A DNA stretch of 64,000 nt from Scyliorhinus canicula (lineage: Eukaryota): contig NC_052154.1 in NCBI RefSeq assembly GCF_902713615.1, forward strand, positions 159,256,754 to 159,320,753. The letters are read 5' to 3'. Below are positions 60,460 to 64,000 of this stretch, in pieces. Every line of letters begins with the position of its first letter. The stretch's first letter is position 1. A model generated the notes under the pieces. The model made no database searches and was not told where the DNA came from. It saw nothing but the letters and a program-made list of their open reading frames with translations. Position numbers and translations under genes: made by a program.

Positions 60460-60660
60460 CAATATATTTTTTTCAATTAAGGGGCAATTTAGCCTGGCCA
60501 ATCCACCTACCCTGCACATCTTTGGGTTGTGGGGGCGAAACCCACACAAACACGGGGAGAATGTGCAAACTCCAAACGGCAGTGACCCAGAGCCAGGATC
60601 AAACCTGGGACCTCGGTGCCATGAGACAGCAGTGCTACCCACTGTGCCACCGTGCTGCCC
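60460..60660 (-). mobile_element. V-SINE, short variant
   Basis: Same short form as 32772-32990 and 52235-52430. Confidence 0.8.
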
Positions 60661-60664
60661 TGAT

Positions 60665-61560
60665 GAGGGCATAGCTGGCCAGACTAGCATTTATTGCCCA
60701 TCCCTAGTTGCCCTTCAAAATGTGTTGGTGAGTTGACTTCTTGAACCGCTGCAGTCCTTGAGGTGTAGGTCTACCCACTGTGCTGTTAGGGAGGGAATTC
60801 CAGGATGTTGCCCCAGTGACAGTGAAGGAATGGCAATATATTTCTAAGTCATTTGTTGAGTGACTTGGAGGGGAACCTCCAGGTGGTGAGAGTCCCAGGT
60901 ATCTGCTGCTCTTGTCCTTCTAGATGGTAATGGGTTTGGAAGGTGCTGTCCAAGGAACCTTGGTGAGTTACTGCGGTGCATCTTGTAGATGGTACACACA
61001 GCTTCCACTGTTTGTCAGTAGTGGAAGGTGTGAATGTTTGTGGAAGGAGGAGCAATCAAGTGGGCTGCTTTTTCCAGGATGGCGCCCACCTTCTTGTGTG
61101 GCTGGAGTTGCACTCACCCTGGCAACTGGAAAGTATTCCATTAAACTCCTTACTTGCGCCTTGTAGATGGTGGACAGGCTTTTTTTTTGGGGGGGGGGGG
61201 GGGGGGGGCGGTCAAGAGGGGAATTGCTCGCTGTAGGATTCCTAGCTTTTGACCTGCCCTGACAGCCACAGTATTAATGTGACGAGTCCAGTTCAGTTTC
61301 TGATCAATGGTAACCCCAGGATGTTGATTGTGGGGGATTCAATGATGATAATGCAATTGAATGTCAAAGATCCTCTCTTGTAGGAGATGGTCATTGTCTG
61401 GCACTTGTGCAGCGGGAATGAAACTTGCCACTTGTCAGCCCAAGCCTGGATATTGTCCAGGTCTTGCTGCATTTGGACATGGTGTTTCATTATCTGAGTA
61501 GTCGCGAATAGTGCTGAACATTGTGCAGTCATCCGCAAACATCCCCACTTGTGACCTTCT
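60665..61560 (-). mobile_element. CR1/L2-group (jockey-type) 3' fragment, same family as 12340-15390
   Basis: MQQDLDNIQAWADKWQV; shared 3' tail. Smaller pieces of the same family lie at about 2150-2530 and 17170-18150. Confidence 0.8.
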
Positions 61561-62274
61561 AAGAAGCACTATTTTCTCTTCCCAGGTGCTGCTTAACTTG
61601 ATCTATATTTTAGCTCAGGAGTATCAATCAAGACACAATAGGGATGTGCAAGAAAAGATTCTGAAATAATCATGCGCAACTTTAATTTTAATATAGGTTA
61701 GACAAATCAAGTTAGCAAAAATAGCCTTCAGGACTTCAGATGGTCGATTCAGGACAGTTTCTCAGAAAACTATGTTGTAAAACCAAGGAATGGGTTATTT
61801 TAGATCTAGCAATGTGTAATCAGTGTTCTGTCTGGAACGGAGATCCGGGACGTTTCTTACGGTGAACCCTAGGGGCGGTAGGGTAGGGGTGCCCTGGGGG
61901 GTTGGAAGGGGCAACCGTGGCATCGGGGGATAGGTCGACAGGTGGGGGAGGGGGGCCGTAACACCCAGTTTCCGGAGGCAAGGAGAGGCCCCAAATCTGT
62001 AGGGGCCTTCAAATGAGCCCCCCTCCCCATTTCCCGTCCAAGGTGGAGAATTGTTTCTTTTCCGATTTCCCACCCTATGATCCAGCCTATAATTGACGCT
62101 GGGCAGGGAAAGGCCCTTCAGTGGCCTCTTGGGAAAGGGCAGGTTTCCCACCCGAGTCTGCCCACCTAATTGTGAAATTGCACCTGGGTTGGGGTGGAGT
62201 TTTACATTCACCCGGCCTCAGAACCCCCCGGGGGTGGGGGTGGACGTAAAATTCTGCTTCTGGAAAAGTCTGTG

Positions 62275-64000
62275 AATTGAAAAACCCCTAATTCAAGAAA
62301 GGGAAGCAGAAAGTAGGAAACAATTGTCCAGTTAGTCTGACATCTATCATTAAGAAAAAGTTGGAATTCATTATTAAGGAAGTAGTAGCAGGACATTAAG
62401 GAAAACAGGTTGATTATAGTTTTATTAAAGGGAAATTATGTGTGATAAATGTGCTACATTCTTCGAGGGTATATGGAGCAAAGTGGACAAAGGGAGTGGA
62501 GTAGACATAATGCATTTGGATTTGCCAATAAGGTGACACACAAACGGCTACCACACAGATCAGAACTGATATATCAACATGGACAGAGATCAGCAGCAAA
62601 TAGTCGGAATATGCGAGTTATTTTCAGGTTGGCAGCAGCAGGCTGCTACACAGATCAGTGCTGCATTTACAACCTCTTAATGGCTTGGATGAAGGGACCG
62701 ATTGCGTTGCAGGCAAATTTGCTGACAATACAATGATAGGTGGAAAAGCAAGTAGGGAGAAGAATGCAGAGTCTGTGAAAAACTACACCCCAGGGTTCTA
62801 AAAGAGATAGCTGAGAGACTGTGGAAGCATTGGTGGTGATCTTTCAGGAATCACTAGAGGCAGGAAGGGTCCCAGAGGACTGGAAAATGGCTAATGTAAC
62901 ACCGTTGTTTAAGGGAGGGAGGGAGGTAGAAGACGGGAAATTATAGGCCTGTTAGCCTGACTTTGGTCATTGGTACGATTTTAGGGGCCATCATTAAAGA
63001 TGAGATTGTGGAGTACTTGGAAGTGCATGATGAAATAGGACTGAGTCAGCATGCCTTCGTCAAGGAGAAGTCATGTCTGACAAATCTGTTAAGAGTTATT
63101 TGAGGAGGTAACAAGGAAGTTAGACAAAGGGGAACCAGTGATCGTGATTAATTTAGATTTCCAGAAGGCCTTTGACAAAGTGTCGCATAGGCGACTGTTA
63201 AATAAGTTAAAAGCCCATGGTGTTAAGGGTAAGATCCTGGCATGGATAGAGGATTGGCTGACTGGCAGAGAGTGGGGATAAAAGGTTCGTTTTCAGGATG
63301 GCAGCCAGTGACTAGTGGTTTTGCCTCAGGGGTCTGTGCTGGGACCACAACTTTTCACAATGTACATTAATGATCTGGAAGAAGAAACTGAAGGCACTGG
63401 TGCTAAGTTTGCAGATGATACAAAGATCCGTAGAGGGACAAGTAGTATTGAGGAAGCAGGGGGCTGCAGAAGGACTTAGACAGGTTAGGACAGTGGGCAA
63501 AGAAGTGGCAGATGGAATACAATGTGGAAAGTGTGAGGTTTTGCACTTTGGAAGGTGGAATGTAGGCATAGACTATTTTCTAAATGAGGAAATGCTTAGG
63601 AAATCAGAAACACAAAGGGACTTGGGAGTCCTTGTTCGCGATTCTCTTAAGGTTAACGTGCATGTTCAGTTGGCAGTTAGGAAGGCAAATGCAATGTTAG
63701 CATTCATGTCAAGAGGGCTAGAATACAAGACCAGGGGTGTACTTCTGAGGCTATACAGGGCTCTGGTCAGACCCCAATTAGAGTATTGTGATCAGATTTG
63801 GGAACATTTCCAAGGAAGGATGTGCTGGCCTTGGAAAGGGTCCAGATGGGGTCCAAAAGTATGATCCTTGGAATGAAGAGCTTGTCGTATGAGGAACATT
63901 TGAGGACTCTGGGTCTGTACTCGGATTTTAGAAGGATGGGGGGGGTCTTATTGAAACTTACAGGATACTGCGAGGCCTGGATAGAGTGGACATGGAGAGG
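62275..64000 (+). mobile_element. CR1 RT fragments running off the window end
   Basis: [60 protein letters not shown]. Confidence 0.88.

Noticed and set aside
8541-60736. Many recurrent small ORFs ending ..PPGAPVSSHSPKMCRLGGLAMLNCP or ..CGRKPEHPEETHA
   Set aside because: These are translations of the V-SINE core in either orientation, not genes.

Overview
Vertebrate genomic DNA, most likely a cartilaginous fish. This is inferred from the repeat content: HE1/V-SINE-type and Deu-type SINEs, CR1, L1, Rex/Babar, RTE and Penelope elements. More than half of the window is transposon-derived, and there is one 151-N gap. The core feature is a 10-coding-exon immunoglobulin-superfamily gene on the minus strand (ATG at 38674, TAG at 239-237), with a CpG-island promoter carrying an ISRE. 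All nine introns are GT-AG and phase 1, and the exons splice by hand into one uninterrupted 967-aa ORF. Its order is signal peptide, V-set domain, C1-set domain, transmembrane segment, then SIX further C1-set-like domains. The V+C1+TM part looks like B7-H6 (NCR3LG1). The six C1-like domains follow the TM, so they would be cytoplasmic (about 680 aa), which is highly unusual for C1-set domains; two of them have lost the canonical disulfide. An isolated related C1 exon at 55112-55435 points to an upstream tandem paralog. A young full-length L1 with target-site duplications sits about 36 bp from the TM exon donor. All calls were made by eye, with no database searches.
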